From Eledone cirrhosa (lineage: Eukaryota): a stretch of DNA of 64,000 bases. Of this stretch, positions 13,385 to 27,253 are shown piece by piece. How positions within the stretch are numbered: position 1 is the stretch's first letter; every line of letters begins with the position of its first letter. Position numbers and translations under genes: made by a program. The notes under the pieces were generated by a model. That model was not told the DNA's origin. It did not search any database and saw only the letters and a program-made list of their open reading frames with translations. The stretch is taken from NCBI GenBank assembly GCA_964016885.1, contig OZ024743.1, positions 310,744,001-310,808,000 of the forward strand, read 5' to 3'.

Positions 13385-13876
13385 ACACATACATACATAC
13401 ATACATACATACATACATACATACATACATACATACATACATACATACATACATACATACATACATACATACATACATGGTGGCTGCCAATTCGTCTTCG
13501 AGTACGGCCACTACTTTATATCCATGTAGGAGAACCCCTACCGATGCGCTGAACGAGTGTGACTTTTAGTCCAGCCAGCGACTTGAAAACTCTGGTACAA
13601 ACACTACACTTGTGACAATTATTGACACATAGTGCTGGGCCCATGGTACCATGTGACGACAAGTGCAGAGAGATCTCCAGATATAGAGCAATGCTTGTGC
13701 CGTGAAGCTTTTATAGTGAACAAAGGCACTGCACAAAGCCAGTCCCACTCTCTTAACCAAGATGATATTTACCAAAAAGAAGAACAAGTCAACATCATTG
13801 GATACCATCAGGGTTGCATGTGTTATATCAGAGTTTTCCTTCTCCTAGAATTCTGCCTTGACAAAGGCTAAGGGGT
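13385..13876 (-). mobile_element. Short non-autonomous RTE-derived retroposon with an (ATGT)n tail
   Basis: The minus strand begins with an RTE 5'-UTR-like motif, CTAGGAGAAGGAAAACTCTGA (13828-13848), and ends in (ATGT)n at 13385-13477. Confidence 0.5.
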
Positions 13877-13987
13877 CATCTCTCTCTACATACATACATA
13901 CATGATGATGATAGCTGCCCCCTCGTTATCGAGGTATGGTCATTGCACGAGAAAAAAAAAAAAAATAAATAAATAAATAAAATAAAA

Positions 13988-14032
<45 letters not shown>

Positions 14033-15374
14033 TACATATATACATATACATACACATACACATACATACATACATACGTATTTATCTCATTGATGTCTAA
14101 ATCCGAATGAAAGAATCTTATTTCTATGTTAGAAACCGTCTCCCCCCCTCTCTCTCCCCCCCTCTCACTATCCCTCGCTCTCTTTCTCTCTCTCTATTAA
14201 TGGTTTCTGACGTAGGCTCAAGACCAACAATTTTTTGTGGAGGGGAAAAAATCAATTCAATTGACCACACTACATTGTTGGTACTTTATTTAATCTACTC
14301 TGTAAGAATGAAAAGAAAAGCTAACCTCGACGGAATTTGAACTGTTTGCTACAAAGCAACCAAATATACATACATAATACAATAATGGTATTCACCTGTA
14401 CATATCAGTCTGTATACATCCCACTGTCTTTTTCTCTTCGCACTTACATAATATTCACTTACATAATATACAAAATATTCCAGAATATAATCATTCGTTT
14501 ATTTGTGTACTAACAGTAACTGCGATCTCTAACCAAACCGAAAATTATTAATACTTCAGTTGATATAACTTATTTATTTCTGTATAAACCATATAATCAT
14601 TCCTTCTGTATCTACGTTTCATTAGTTAGCGGAGGCAGTTTATCAAACACATTCTAAATGATAAAATCCTACTTTAATGAGGCTAGAAGCGGCTTTCCTT
14701 TGTATAAAATTGTCTTCATCAAATACATTATATGAACTGTAGCTTCACAGATACGATCCTTGAGTGCATCTAAATATCTCAGCTCAGCGAAAGTAATCAT
14801 AAATCAGCTATGGTTATATTCGTAACTCACAGCTATTAAGAATAAGATGTTTTCAAGTAGCTAATCATGACTGCACTGTTCCAGGTGCTCATAAATGAAC
14901 AATCTCATTATTGTGCAGAAAATATTTGCAAATCAATCATAATGTTAAATTATTTTTAACAATGTGTGAATACATATGTGACTATACACGTCCGTTATAA
15001 GATTTAACGTTTGGGTTTCTACAAATTGAGCTAAATGTAGGGAACATTGTCAGCGCAAATGTTATTGATTTTTCTTATATATATTGAAAGATTAGCCAAC
15101 TAGAAATGTGCGTATATAATTGGACGACAGCACCAGAAACGATATCGTCATCAGAATAATGCTATGCAGTACTTAATTGGCATTTTAAATTTTGATTTCA
15201 AATTTCGCTGAGGCTAAACTTGATTTTTAACTTTTTAGGGTCGACATAATATAATGGAAGTTGAATACTGAGATCGAATTAACCAATTTTCTCTACCCGA
15301 GATTGCTTGCCATGCATCGAAGAAATTATAGATAGTTATTATTAATTGGTAATTTAGTTAACACTATGTTTGCT

Positions 15375-15720
15375 CTACGTTTGAATAGTGAAGTGGCAGA
15401 GCATCTTAGGTCTTTCATCAAGCACATATTCTGGGACATGCTGGTACCACTGATCGGAAACCTGATACTCATATTTTATGCCAATCGATCTGAAAGGGTA
15501 CATTGCGACTTTGTCGTCTCTTTTTTCCATATTCTTTTCGGGATAGCATTTTACAATGTACTCAATATGTGTGTGACAATTTCTGTAGTAATTCCACAGA
15601 TACTGCACTCCAAACCACCACTAAGATGATATATCCCTTTTGTCAGCGAATAAGTACTCAAAGATGGGTTTGAGGCTGAAATCAACAGTACTTGAGTCTC
15701 CCTCCTTTAGATCACTGTCG
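15375..15720 (-). pseudogene. Fossil R4/Dong-like RLE retrotransposon fragment (zinc knuckle to RLE start)
   Basis: DLKEETQVLLISA...KRDDKVA...QWYQHVPEYVLDERPKMLCHFTIQT aligns by eye with DLKKATEGMLMAA...WRHDVMG...KWYEHRPEAVMENSQVKVLWDFRIQT of ORF 41831..45223. Confidence 0.7.
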
Positions 15721-15769
15721 GAGAATCTATCCCAAAATATTTCAATCTTTAAATATTATTATTCCCTGA

Positions 15770-16480
15770 GCATCGGTAGACTGTCAGACAACATGCTTTG
15801 GGGCATATAGTTATGCTCTGAGTTCAAATCCCGTCGAGGTTAGCTTTGTTTTCCATTCTTACGTAGTCGATAAAATAGAGTACAAGTAACGCACTGGGCT
15901 CAATTGTATTTAGGGCAGTGGAATAACAGTATCCGTAGAGCGTCGAACAACAGGTTTTGCGGTATAGAGTTATGTCCTTTTACGTTTAGAATTCAAATCT
16001 CGCAGAGGTTAGCTTTCCCTTTCCTCCTTACTGGATCGATGAAATAAAAAAAACAGTATTGCACTGGAGTCGATTTAATCGACTTTCCTCTCCTCACCAA
16101 AATTGCTGACCTTGTGCCAAGATCAGAAACCATTATTATTTCGCGAGTAACAATATCGTCAGAATGATGACAGCCAATAATAGCGCACACGTTCTAAATG
16201 ATGGGAGAAAGTAATGACAAAATAAATTCATACTAAAATATTGCAGTTTGATCTCCAGCAAAATACTGAAACTAATAATGATTTCTACTATAAACACATG
16301 GCCAGAAATTTGGTTGGAGGAGAAAGTCGATTAAATCGTCCCTAGAGCATTACTGGTGCTTTATTTTATCGACCCCGTAAGGATGAAAGGCAAGCTAACC
16401 TCGGCAGGTTTTGAACTCAGAACGCAAAGGGCCGTAACTCTATGCGGCATAGTGTCCGACGCTTTACAGATACTACCAAT
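15770..16480. mobile_element. Cluster of three tRNA-derived SINEs (about 15770-15910+, 15913-16140+, 16280-16480-)
   Basis: Each carries GAGTTCAAATCCCGYCGAGGTTAGCTTT...TCGATAAAATA-like blocks. Confidence 0.75.
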
Positions 16481-16829
16481 GCCTGATGACTCACGACGGC
16501 ACATAAGTACGTAAACCCTTAGTGTTTCATTAATTTTCACCTTTGCATTTCCAATCCTGAAATCTTGAATATAATTTCATCTTTATTTACTTTCATATTG
16601 CCTTCTTCTTCAACGCTTCAAAGCCATTTGTTCTTTGTCCCACCGATTCAAATCCATATTTCAGTTCTATTTCTAGCAGTCAGTGCAACCACTTACAGGC
16701 TCCATATTTGGTTAGATTATTCAGTCGTTAGTACAGCCTATGAGATAAGTTGTTGATGGACATTGGCGTGTATTTGTTTTATTTTGCTATACTAGATAAT
16801 AACTGAAAGAATATGATAGAAAATATAAG

Positions 16830-17200
16830 CGGCCAAAATAGGGTTCCTTCGAAGAGTATTTGGAGTGACGTTACCCAATAGGTTGCCTAGTTAGAAGATC
16901 AGAGAATCTCTCTTGATAGAGCTGCTACTTCTCAGAATTAAGGTATCACAGTTCAGAAACTGCGAGCTTGTGGTTAGAATGTCTAAAAAAAATTCCCTGC
17001 ACAGATTTTACTGGCAGAAACAGCCGACTGGAGAATCCAGGGTTTGATCCCGAACAGAATTGTTGGATAACATACATGAGTTCAGGTGGAGTCGCTTGTG
17101 GATCAAGCTGGAGTAATCAGAGACGGTTGGTCCTGCTAGGATCCGTTGGAATGCGTGTTTGAGGACTCTTCCCCCAGAAGAAGAAGAAGAAGAAGAAGAA
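16830..17200 (+). mobile_element. Decayed RTE-clade LINE 3' end with a (GAA)n tail
   Basis: Translates in part as IELLLLRIKVSQFRNCELVVRMS, resembling the RTE C-terminal EPLLLRIERSQLR...VxRM. Related scraps lie at about 18655-18760 and 30960-31035. Confidence 0.5.
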
Positions 17201-20200
17201 GACATATTTTTTACTTGATCAGTTTAACCCCACCAATGTTGACATCACCAATATTTAATTTACCGTCGACAAAATAGGTACAAATCATATGTGTGATGGC
17301 TGGAGAGAATTGTTCCAGTTGTACCAAAGAAATTGTCATGAAATGAACATACACAGACACTTTTACTCTTAAATGAATTTTCAGAAAGTTTCCGCGTAAT
17401 AGAGGGTATGACAAGGCTGGCTATTTGAGTTTCAGGTCCAACTTATGCTTGCCAGCTGAATGGAATGGAATGGAGTTAGGTACAATAAAATATCTTTCTC
17501 AGGGACAAATGTGCCATAGAGAATCGAACTTGCGACTGTATAAACGGGAATCTAACCACTTAACCACACTTTTACTACCAATTATATATAGGCATTAATT
17601 CATTCTACTGAATAATTCCTTCACCTGAAATTGATAATTTTAAGAGGATTTGAGAAAACTTAATAAAGAAATATACTCTATGAGCAATCGCGGTTTTAAA
17701 ATATTTCATGCATCTTATATATATGAATACGTTTTCTTATTTTTTCACCAAATCAATAAAACAGTCTCCGAAGATAATATAATTTCATTCACAATAGTAA
17801 TTACTGAAAGGATTTTGTGACAAATCCCGAATGTTATATAGTTGTCACGATAGTTAACACGTCTAGCTACTATTCCATAAATAACTAAATATTTATTGTT
17901 TTAATGTCTTTACCTTCATTAAAGTCAAAGAGAATCATTGTAGATATAATAAATACGGGATTTCTTGTAGCTATAGAAATTGACTATTTTTGGAAAGGAA
18001 AAGAAAATATCATTGATTTCTGTCATAAATTAAATGAGTAGCCGAATTGAAGGAAAACATATTTTACTTGAATTTAGGCGACATTCATCTGTCCACACTG
18101 TCTTCAACAGCTATAAAATATGCCACTTATTTTAATGTAGATATTTAACTGCAATAAAAGATTAGCAGTAATGAAGATACAGGGCACCGTAGATTATGAG
18201 TAAAAGTCTTAGAAAATAGAATCTACAAATCAGTTTTGATTATCTGTTTCAGTTATTACTTTATATATTTGCTTATTGGTTCTTGGAAAAGCGCAAGGCT
18301 TGAAGTCAATTTGATTTATCTATAAATACCTTTGTTCAGATCCATCCATGCCAAGCGTGAACCTTTAACTCCTAGTGGATTTGTAAGCGCTCTGTAGAGA
18401 TATACGTCGTATTTTGATACTTAAACCTGGCGTTGCATAACATTTACCAGGTCGGAAGTATGCCTATTTCTCCAAGAGGAAAAGATAGAAAGTAGGAAAC
18501 CGAGATAGAGGAAGAATTGTGTCCCCCCGCCCAGTTATGAACTTGTATTTTATTTAGCGATCTCAAACGGATGAAAACCAAAGTTGAACTCGGTGGGATT
18601 TGAGTTCAGAATGCAGAACTGGAACGAGCACCATAAAGTACTTATCCGGAGTTGTAAGAGATCGCAGCTCTGATACTACGGATATGTGGTTAGAATGTCT
18701 CACAAAATAATCTCTGAATTGAGAGAACACAGCTCTGATACTACATACATGTGGATAGAAAGGAAAGAATTTCTGAGGCGCCTTCTGTTAATGTAAGAGC
18801 AAGAAATTGATGAGAATTTGAATATTGGATGAAATAGAATTTATCTTTAATACGACAAGAAAGTAAACAAACAAACAAAAATTAATAAAATGGGATACAA
18901 TCGCCATTGACGCTGATCATAGACACGTGTCCTCACTCCTTGCGGTTAGTTTGACCATTACACGTGTCCTCGGACTCTGCTAATGCAATACAGGATATAA
19001 TGATGATAAATGTCAACTTGAACTGTCAATTATATGTAGAAAACCCACAACACGATGAATACCATAAGATTACCAGGTGGGATAAAGAAGGATAGTTTTC
19101 TTTAAATCAAAAAATAACAAAATGAAATATACAGTTATCACTTATGTAAGTTTAGCTGGTTTCCTACGGGGCTGAATCTTATAAGAATTTTCTTATGTGT
19201 TGCATTGACAAGTGCCCCCACTCCTATCATGATAAACATTGGGAAATGAATTGACTTGCTCAAAAGCCCAAAGCTCCACCCGGTGCAGGAAATGAATCTA
19301 GGAATTTTAAAGTGTGACATAAACACCTTAACTAATAAATGTCGCACCTTCTATTTCTTTAAATTACACTACCTAAGAGAAACATCTTGTGGGATTTTTA
19401 TTTCTGGGAGCGGAGAAATATCTGAACGATTTTACATTTCCCTGCTTATTTGTTTCAAAGCCAAGGCTACTTCTAATTTAACAAGGTATTAGTATCTACC
19501 TCATGGCTGCATTAATCTCAGTTCTAGCACAGTAGGATGCTATCAGATTAGATAGGAGGGATTTCAGAAATAGTAAAACCTCGAACCAAATAATCTTTTG
19601 TTTCGCTGTGTTGGACTTCCATCTATCTCGACGACGAATGTTCACACAATTGACAGGCAGGTGGATGGTAAATCCAGGGACATGTGTACCCTTAGTAGAT
19701 TTCAGAGTTATTTAGTGTGACCCAACATCTGTGACAAAGATCATCTTCTGAATTACAGGTACAAATTATATTTACCAACCGAGTAAACTGAACAACATGG
19801 AATAAACTGTCATGTTGAAGAAGTACATGTTACACCACCACCAATCCGAGACTCGAAGTCATGATCTTACAGTCTTGAAACTCGAAGTACTAATATATCA
19901 GCCATATAACTTCATGTGATCAAGTGGAAAATAGCTATGAATGCTATTAAATGTTAATAAAGAAATTAGTTTACTATTGTTAATAAAAGCACATTTCTTT
20001 CATACTGACTTCTATAAAGTCAATTTCATGACTATTTCTAGATAAACTTAAATATACGACCACGGGAAATCTTAGAGCTCTAGAATTCAACAGAATTTAA
20101 AGATTGCCAATTATTCTTTTATATAATGCTGTGGTAAGCTTGAACAAAACCCAGAAGAAATACAGATTTATATACGAATGAAACAGTTCTAATCCAGTTG

Positions 20201-20552
20201 AAGTGTCATTTCTATATAAAATTAAGATGCATACACTCTGTTAATATATTGAGTACCTCTTTTTATTGAACCCAACCATAATTATGTATATATATATGTG
20301 TGTGAGTGTGTGTGTGTATGTATGTGTGTGTGTGTGAATGTGAGTGTGTGTGTGTATGTCTTTATATATATATATATATAAATGGCTTCTACAAGACTAG
20401 CAAATTTCTTTCATACTGACTTCTATAAAGTCACTTCGATGACTATTTCTATATCAACTTGAATACCACTAGAATTCAACATAATTCAATCATTGCCAAT
20501 TATTCTTTTACATGATACTGTTGTAGACTTGGAACAAACCCAAAAGAAATAT

Positions 20553-20930
20553 AATAGTTTCTACTTTTGGCACTAGGCCACCAATTAGCCAGTGTATTAC
20601 TGGTACTTCATTTTATCGACCCCGTAAGGATGAAAGGCTAAGTTAACCTTGGCGGGATTTGAACTCAAAATGGAAAGGGCCGTAACTCTTTGCGTCAAAG
20701 CATGGCGTCGGACCCTCCACCGATACTGCCAATCCACCAAAAAGAAATATAATTGTTTCTACTTTTGGCACAAGGCCAGCAATTACTCAGTGCATTACTG
20801 GTACTTTATTTTATCGACCCCGTAAGGATGAAAGGCAAAGTTAACCTCGGCAGGATTTGAATTCAGAATGGCAAGGGCCGTAACTCTATACGTCAAAGCA
20901 TGGCGTCCGACCCTCTACCGATACTGCCAA
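20553..20930 (-). mobile_element. Two tandem tRNA-derived SINE copies
   Basis: 20553-20735 and 20750-20930 are near-identical reverse complements of the 27064-27253 family. Confidence 0.85.
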
Positions 20931-21859
20931 AATGAAACAATTCTAGTCCAGTAGAAATCAATTCAATATAAAATAAAGATGCATACACTATACTAACGTA
21001 TTGGACATATGTTCGTATGTCCGAGAGCCGGTTTAAAATATATCCCCCAAAAGACATGCCGCCCGGGTCGCAAATCATGTATGTAGCCTTAAGAACAATG
21101 GCCTGCCTTTTTCCATCAAATCGAGGATTTATGAAAGATCTACTGCCTACGTGAATGGGTCGAAATTTTGTTGACTGAATTTTGAAAAATGGTATATACT
21201 CTCACAATTACTTCAGATAAGCACTGCCTCTACTTAGGCTTTTGTCCTGCTTTTATACACTCTCTGATTATATTCTTTATATACCCCTTCTTTTAAATCA
21301 TTAATCTTGATTTTATCTATAACTTTCTTATTATCATTAACACCACTTTTTCCTTCTTTAACATTTTTTTTTAAATCCTTAATCATCCATTATAATTTTC
21401 TACTTATTATTTCCCTTTCTTCATAGTTATGCCCCTTGTTATAAATATTACCGGGTTCATGTTTCTACATTTTTTTTATTTGTTAAATTCTTAGAATTTA
21501 TAATATATTATTATCTTACTTACATCCCTAATATGTTGACAGGTATTCTTCAAGTTTTATATTTATTGTAGTCCCTATTTTCAGTGCCATGTATTTTTAA
21601 ATTTATATGTATATTTTTTTCTTTTCAGCTCCAATGACGCGACCATATCAAACTTTTTCTTTATTCATTTTCACTTACTATTATCGATTTTATAATAGAT
21701 AATTATCATCTGTATGTGAAGAATACTGATATGGTTCCCGAATCAATTGTCAGCCATTAGATATATTTTTACAAGAATTTGGTATTGTTTTCTCTAACAT
21801 TTAATTTCTGTATATACACATATATATATATATATATGTGTGTGTGGGGGGGGGGGGGT

Positions 21860-22347
21860 GTTTCGCTATGTTGGACTTTTGTCTATCAGGTTGTGCCGAA
21901 TGATGTTGTTCTGCAGGTCAACATAAGTCGACCAAATCCTTGTACCGCCTGTATACTGGATTTGGACAGCTGCTTCGACTGTCAACTTACACCTGCCACT
22001 TTCACCCATTTCCCATCGCTACAGAGCTAGAGTGTTTGGTGGTTACAGACATATCCTCGGAGCCTGCGCATTGGTGGTTTTTAGATACAGTGTAGTGTGC
22101 GCTAAACTAACCCCACCTTACAGCCGGAGTTCATCTGTCATAGCCTAGCAAGCTGTGACGGTGACAGCGTGGTCCTTGGGTAGTAGGGTTTACATCAAAG
22201 TGTCCTTTTCCTAGTGCTAGCTAAAAAACCTTCCTGAATAGGGCGTGGCTGCTGGATGCTACAAAACATGTCGATAGATTCAAGTTCTTGGCATGACGAG
22301 CCATGCCACTAAGACTAATTGACATATAGATGAGGCCCTTACAGGGG
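21860..22347 (-). mobile_element. RTE 5'-UTR-like non-coding fragment
   Basis: The minus strand has CTAGGAAAAGGACACTTTGATGTAAACC, a variant of the motif at 13828-13848. It is a GC-richer island between microsatellites. Confidence 0.35.
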
Positions 22348-22385
<38 letters not shown>

Positions 22386-23114
22386 GGTGTGTGGGTGTGT
22401 GTGTGTGTGTGTGCGTGCGTGCGTGTGTGTGTGTGCGGGGGGGTCTGTGTGTGTGGGTGTCTGTTTGTGTGCATGCGTGTGTGTGTGACTGTGTGTGAAT
22501 ATATAAACACTCTGCTGAAATGCTTCTAATTATCAACAATATCTCAGCGCAGTGACAACCTCATTTGAATTATCATCTCATGATAGACGATGCCCTCCAT
22601 ATCTCACCAAACCATTACCTTCTAATGATATAATCCAAGTCTTAGTAGAAGTACACGTTTTTTCATGGGTTGTAGCAATTGTCTCTTTCGTCGAAAGATC
22701 GGGTCTTGCTTACTGAACTGCTTAATAGTAGTTTCTAATCAAGGCAACACGGAAGCAAACTTTAGGGTGGGGGGGAAGTCGTCATTTAAACCAACCCAGG
22801 TCCTTGATTGGTACTTAATTTATCGATTCCAGAAAGGATGAAAGACTAAGTTAATCTTGGCCGTATATGTAAAAAAAAGAAAACCGAACAAAGACTACAT
22901 TGATGTAACGATTCTGGTAACCCCCAACACTAGAAATTCTAAATGATGACAAGATAATAACTGGTTGATTGATTTTAGAAACAATTGGATTAGGTGAAAA
23001 CTATTAAACAAGTTGTGACACTTTTTCTATATTTATAGAGGTGATTTATGATGGTTATGTGAGTTGCATATTTTGTATCTTTTAAAGGGAATATGTCTCA
23101 ACCGGAATTGAACA

Positions 23115-23200
23115 ACCAAACCTAAACCTAATCACAAACCTAGCCCTAACCCTAACTCTTACATTAACCCAACCCTAACCTAACCATAAGCATAACCTTA
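23115..23200. repeat. Degenerate (TAACCC)n telomere-like tract
   Basis: aaacctaaacctaatcacaaacctagccctaaccctaactcttacattaacccaaccctaacctaacc. Confidence 0.7.
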
Positions 23201-24426
23201 AAGTTTTATTTCTATTGATACTGAAGATAATCCTTGTCGTTTCTAAATGTAAAGAACAGTTTTAAACATCATAGAGAAATCAGTATTTTAAATGACTTGC
23301 ATGCGTCACTCTTATTTTCTGGGTCAAATTTATTCAAAATTTACATAAATGAATATTAAATTTTCAAACAGAAAAGACTGATTTAAGATTCGAATACATA
23401 ATTCTATTATTTGTTTTTTTTTTACATAATAAATATCGCATGCAAACCAGTAATGAGCCCAAAGCCTCAGGCATTTTTTTCTTCGTAATATATTGTAAAA
23501 TAGGTATTAATATGCGAAATTTTTTTCCTATTTAAATTGAGTATAGCAATTAATCTTGTTGTTATGATTTCTTTTTGATAAATTAATTCTGCTTTACATT
23601 AAATCCTGCAAATTCACATTATGCTTCCAAATAAATCTCCCATTGATAACATAAAAAAGATTAATTTACAAGCTATAGAAGAACCCACCAAATTTTTAAT
23701 ACATATTTGAAGCAAATAAATAACTTTAAAGTCTTCTGTAGGCATAAACAATTAGTTATGATTTGGATAATTTCAGAAAATTCGTTCTTTAATAACATTC
23801 TCTTTTTTACCCATAAATCTGTAAGAACCTTGTAGCAAGATCTAGTTCAGTGAACCGTGCAAGTGAAATTTTTCTTCTGCATGTTAATTTAATGCACTTC
23901 CAACAGACTACTAATGTCACCTGAGAAGCGTATGAACGTTGAACTACTTCATCCTTCTCCTATGTCAACCTTTGATCTGCTGTCTAAATAAGAAAATGTT
24001 TATTGTTTTGTTTTTCTTTTTAAAATCGCCATCTTTCCATATTTAAAAATATAACTAAGGAAGACAAATAAATGAATGTGCCATATTTTTTCCAAAATAG
24101 CTCGGTAAACAAAACCGGTTGTGCTTCATACACATAATATTTTCCGATAACACATAATAATACTAACATTCATTATAACGGCATCAACACATTCAGTTTC
24201 AAAGAATGACAGAACCGTAATATAATATTTTATTCCTTAATCCATACATCTGTTGCCTCAAAATGGAAGACATTTCCAGTCCCGTGCCATCAGATAATTC
24301 TGAATCATATATTTTAGCAATAATTAACATTTCGCAATACGTTTATTCAGAGAATCAAGACAAATGAGGCTACATAATCACATATTCTGTAACCCATGCA
24401 CTTATACATATGCATGTCCACAAGTA

Positions 24427-25726
24427 CAGGGTGGGCATAATTCCTGTTAAAAGTTTAAATCAATTTAAAAATACATTATGTTGCTAATATAACTAATATA
24501 TTTGTATCAAATTCATACACTATAACCATATTAACTATTTTTCAGAATATTACTCCATTAACAATTTTGCAATGTCCATAGAATTGAAAAGAAAGTTCAT
24601 TATAGAGAAGCATGAAAAAGGCCTGACTCCACCCAAGATATTTGAACTGGAAAAATTCTTAAGATCAATAGAATGTTGATCAAAAAGACAATCGATCGAT
24701 TTAAGGAAACTTCCTCGACCAAAGACAGACCTCAATCCGGACGCCCTCGCACCTCAAGAACACCAAAACTCGTTAAAAGTGCGAGGGGAAAAATAAGGCG
24801 TAATCCAAAATGGTCCATGACAAAAATGGCAGAAGAAGCAGAAACATTGCCGAGAACTATGCGGAGAATATTTCGAGATGAGCTGGGGATGTCACCCTAT
24901 AAGTTCCAAAAGAGGCAGCTTCTTTCTGCAGCCACAATTGAAAAGAGGCTCTCCAGAAGTAAACTGTTATTGACCCGTATCAAGGATGGCACGCTGCAAA
25001 ACATCATCTTTACAGATGAGAAGTTATTCACTGTGCACCAGTCTCACAATCATCAAAATGATCGAGTACTTGCAAAAAGTCTCAAATCAATTCCTTAAAG
25101 TGTAGGAAAAATGTTCAGAACACAGAAACCAGCATCAGTGATGGTTTGGGCACCCATTTCTGAAAGAGGGATGTCTCTTCTGATATTTGTGCCTCAATGA
25201 GTTAAAATTAACAAAGAACTTTGCATAAAGGATATTCTGGAAAGAGCACTGATGCCATGGTGCATATCTGTTTATGGTGATGACATTTGGACTCTCCAAC
25301 AAGATGGAGCGACGAGCCACACTGCTTGCGTAACATAGCAGTGGTGTAGAGACTATTGTCCTGCATGGATCAGTAAGGAAGAGTGGCCTCCCACATCACC
25401 AGATCTCAACCCTCTCGATTTATTTTATGGTCAATTCTTAAGAGTGAAGCCTGCTTTACTCCTAGCCAAAATATTGAAACTCTAAAATCAAAACTGAATA
25501 AAGTATGGGAGAAAATATCCATGGAAACTGTTCGTGCAGCCATCGAAGACTTTCCTAGAAGACTTCGAGCAGTAGTGAGAGCTCGGAGAAAGTATTTCGA
25601 ATAAATTTTTGTGCAGTTGTTTAATAGTATATTACTTACTATTTGTTGAAGTGAGATCTCGAAATAAATGTTTTTTTCAAGAACTATTTGCATTTTATTT
25701 TGTAACAGTTTTTATGCCCCAAACTG
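24427..25726 (+). mobile_element. Tc1/mariner superfamily DD37D (maT) transposon, full length, inactive
   Basis: TA-flanked imperfect TIRs CAGGGTGGGCATAA / TTATGCCCCAAACTG. The transposase has IIFTDEK, QQDGA and WPPTSPDLNPLD, with 37 residues between the 2nd and 3rd Asp. In-frame stops and a frameshift are present. Confidence 0.92.
24572..25604 (+). pseudogene. DD37D transposase pseudogene
   Basis: ORF pieces 24673..25098 (SGRPRT, HTH region, first D) and 25383..25604. Stop codons at about 25096, 25198 and 25336. Confidence 0.88.
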
Positions 25727-27063
25727 TATATACTGACGTACTCAAACTAAAGAAACATAGGGACATATACTGACGTACTCAAACTAAAGAAACATAGGGA
25801 CATTGGTTTTCTAAGAATTACTAAGTTGATATATAATTATTATATAAAGCTCCCACAAGCATTTACACATATACACACCTATAGGCACAAGTAGAGACAA
25901 GACAAGAACATGTATTCACTTAAGTACATAACAAAGGTATATAGTTCTATACTCAAATAGATATCTACATACATTGTACGCATTTTTATTACGTTTATGA
26001 AAGAAAAAAGAATTTCCCAAACAAAACGAATAATGCTTAAATACCTTTGAATCGAAGCAAAGGTTAAGATAAAAAATAACTGTCTTATGCAGTCTTTTTT
26101 ATTTAATATTGATGACAATAGACGTAATTCTATTGCATTTTACTCAACAAAATATCATTAGATTCTAATCACCAATTAATTAAAAGCAACTCAGAACTAA
26201 AAAGATCCACTACACCAATATATGGTATGTTTGAAAATTATATAATATCGCTTTAGAATGAGGAGTAGTTTTCATCAGTTTTCGCTTTCACTTGCTATCC
26301 TACTAAATAAATAAATAAGTAAATAAATAAATAAGATGAACAACAATTAATAACTACATAAAAATGGTATTTAGTTTGTAAGTTGGTAAGCTAATTTACT
26401 ACTTTACGTAATACTAGTAGTTTGATAAATTTAAGAACTGTCAGTGAGAAAATTAGAAGAATTTAGTATTGTATAAATATTAGCACATATCTACACATAT
26501 ATAGTACAGAATGTTGGGCATATGAACTTACACGTCGATTATATATAGTTGTAATAGTGTCATATTTATTTAAAAATAATGAACAGGGAAATACGCGAAT
26601 ATGACATCTTTACATGTCTGTATACTCCCTGAGTATATACACATACACATTCACGAAGTGTCGGGTAAACCTGTACAGTATTTGTACATATTGAATGTTG
26701 TAGTTTGATTGAAACATTGTGGTATATAAAATGGTTATGTCTAGGAAGCTGTTACAATGCAAGCAGGGGCTGTATCTAAGGCAACACAATTGGGTGGAAA
26801 GTGAATTGAGGTTGAGCCGAGAAGAGGAATAAAAACAAGAATTAGCGATAATGTTACTTTGGAAATATATATTAGTGCCAACATATTTGGAATGCAACAT
26901 CCATTATTAAGGATCCATTAGATACCTCAAGCATTGTCGGAAAGCATCTATCTCCGAGGGTCAACTGAACCTTCATAGGCTGACTACAAAGGAGTTAGTG
27001 CTAGAGCTGTGACATCTTGCATACATTAATGTTAGCTTTTATTATTAATAACTGCATCTTTAA

Positions 27064-27253
27064 GGGCGGTGAATTGGCAGTATCGGTAGAGGGCCGGATA
27101 TGGTTTCCAGCATAGTTACGTCCCTTTACGATCTGAGTTCAAATCCCGCCGAGGTTAACTTTGCCTTTCATCCATACAGAGGTCGATAAAATAAAGTACC
27201 AGTAATGTACTGGTTAATTGCTGGCCTTGTGCCAAAAGTAGAAACAATTATTA
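27064..27253 (+). mobile_element. tRNA-derived SINE, well-preserved reference copy (Nin/Deu-like domain)
   Basis: A-box-like TGGCAGTATCGG, B-box GTTCAAATCC, then GCCTTTCATCC...GGTCGATAAAATAAAGTACCAG. Further decayed copies lie at about 14195-14345, 18520-18650, 22730-22862, 33703-33845, 38790-38942, 39030-39245 and 58290-58430. Confidence 0.85.

Noticed and set aside
23115-23200. True telomere or chromosome fusion site
   Set aside because: The tract is short, heavily degenerate and in a single orientation.
27064-27150. tRNA genes suggested by A/B boxes
   Set aside because: No complete cloverleaf forms. The boxes are SINE heads followed by the shared SINE body.
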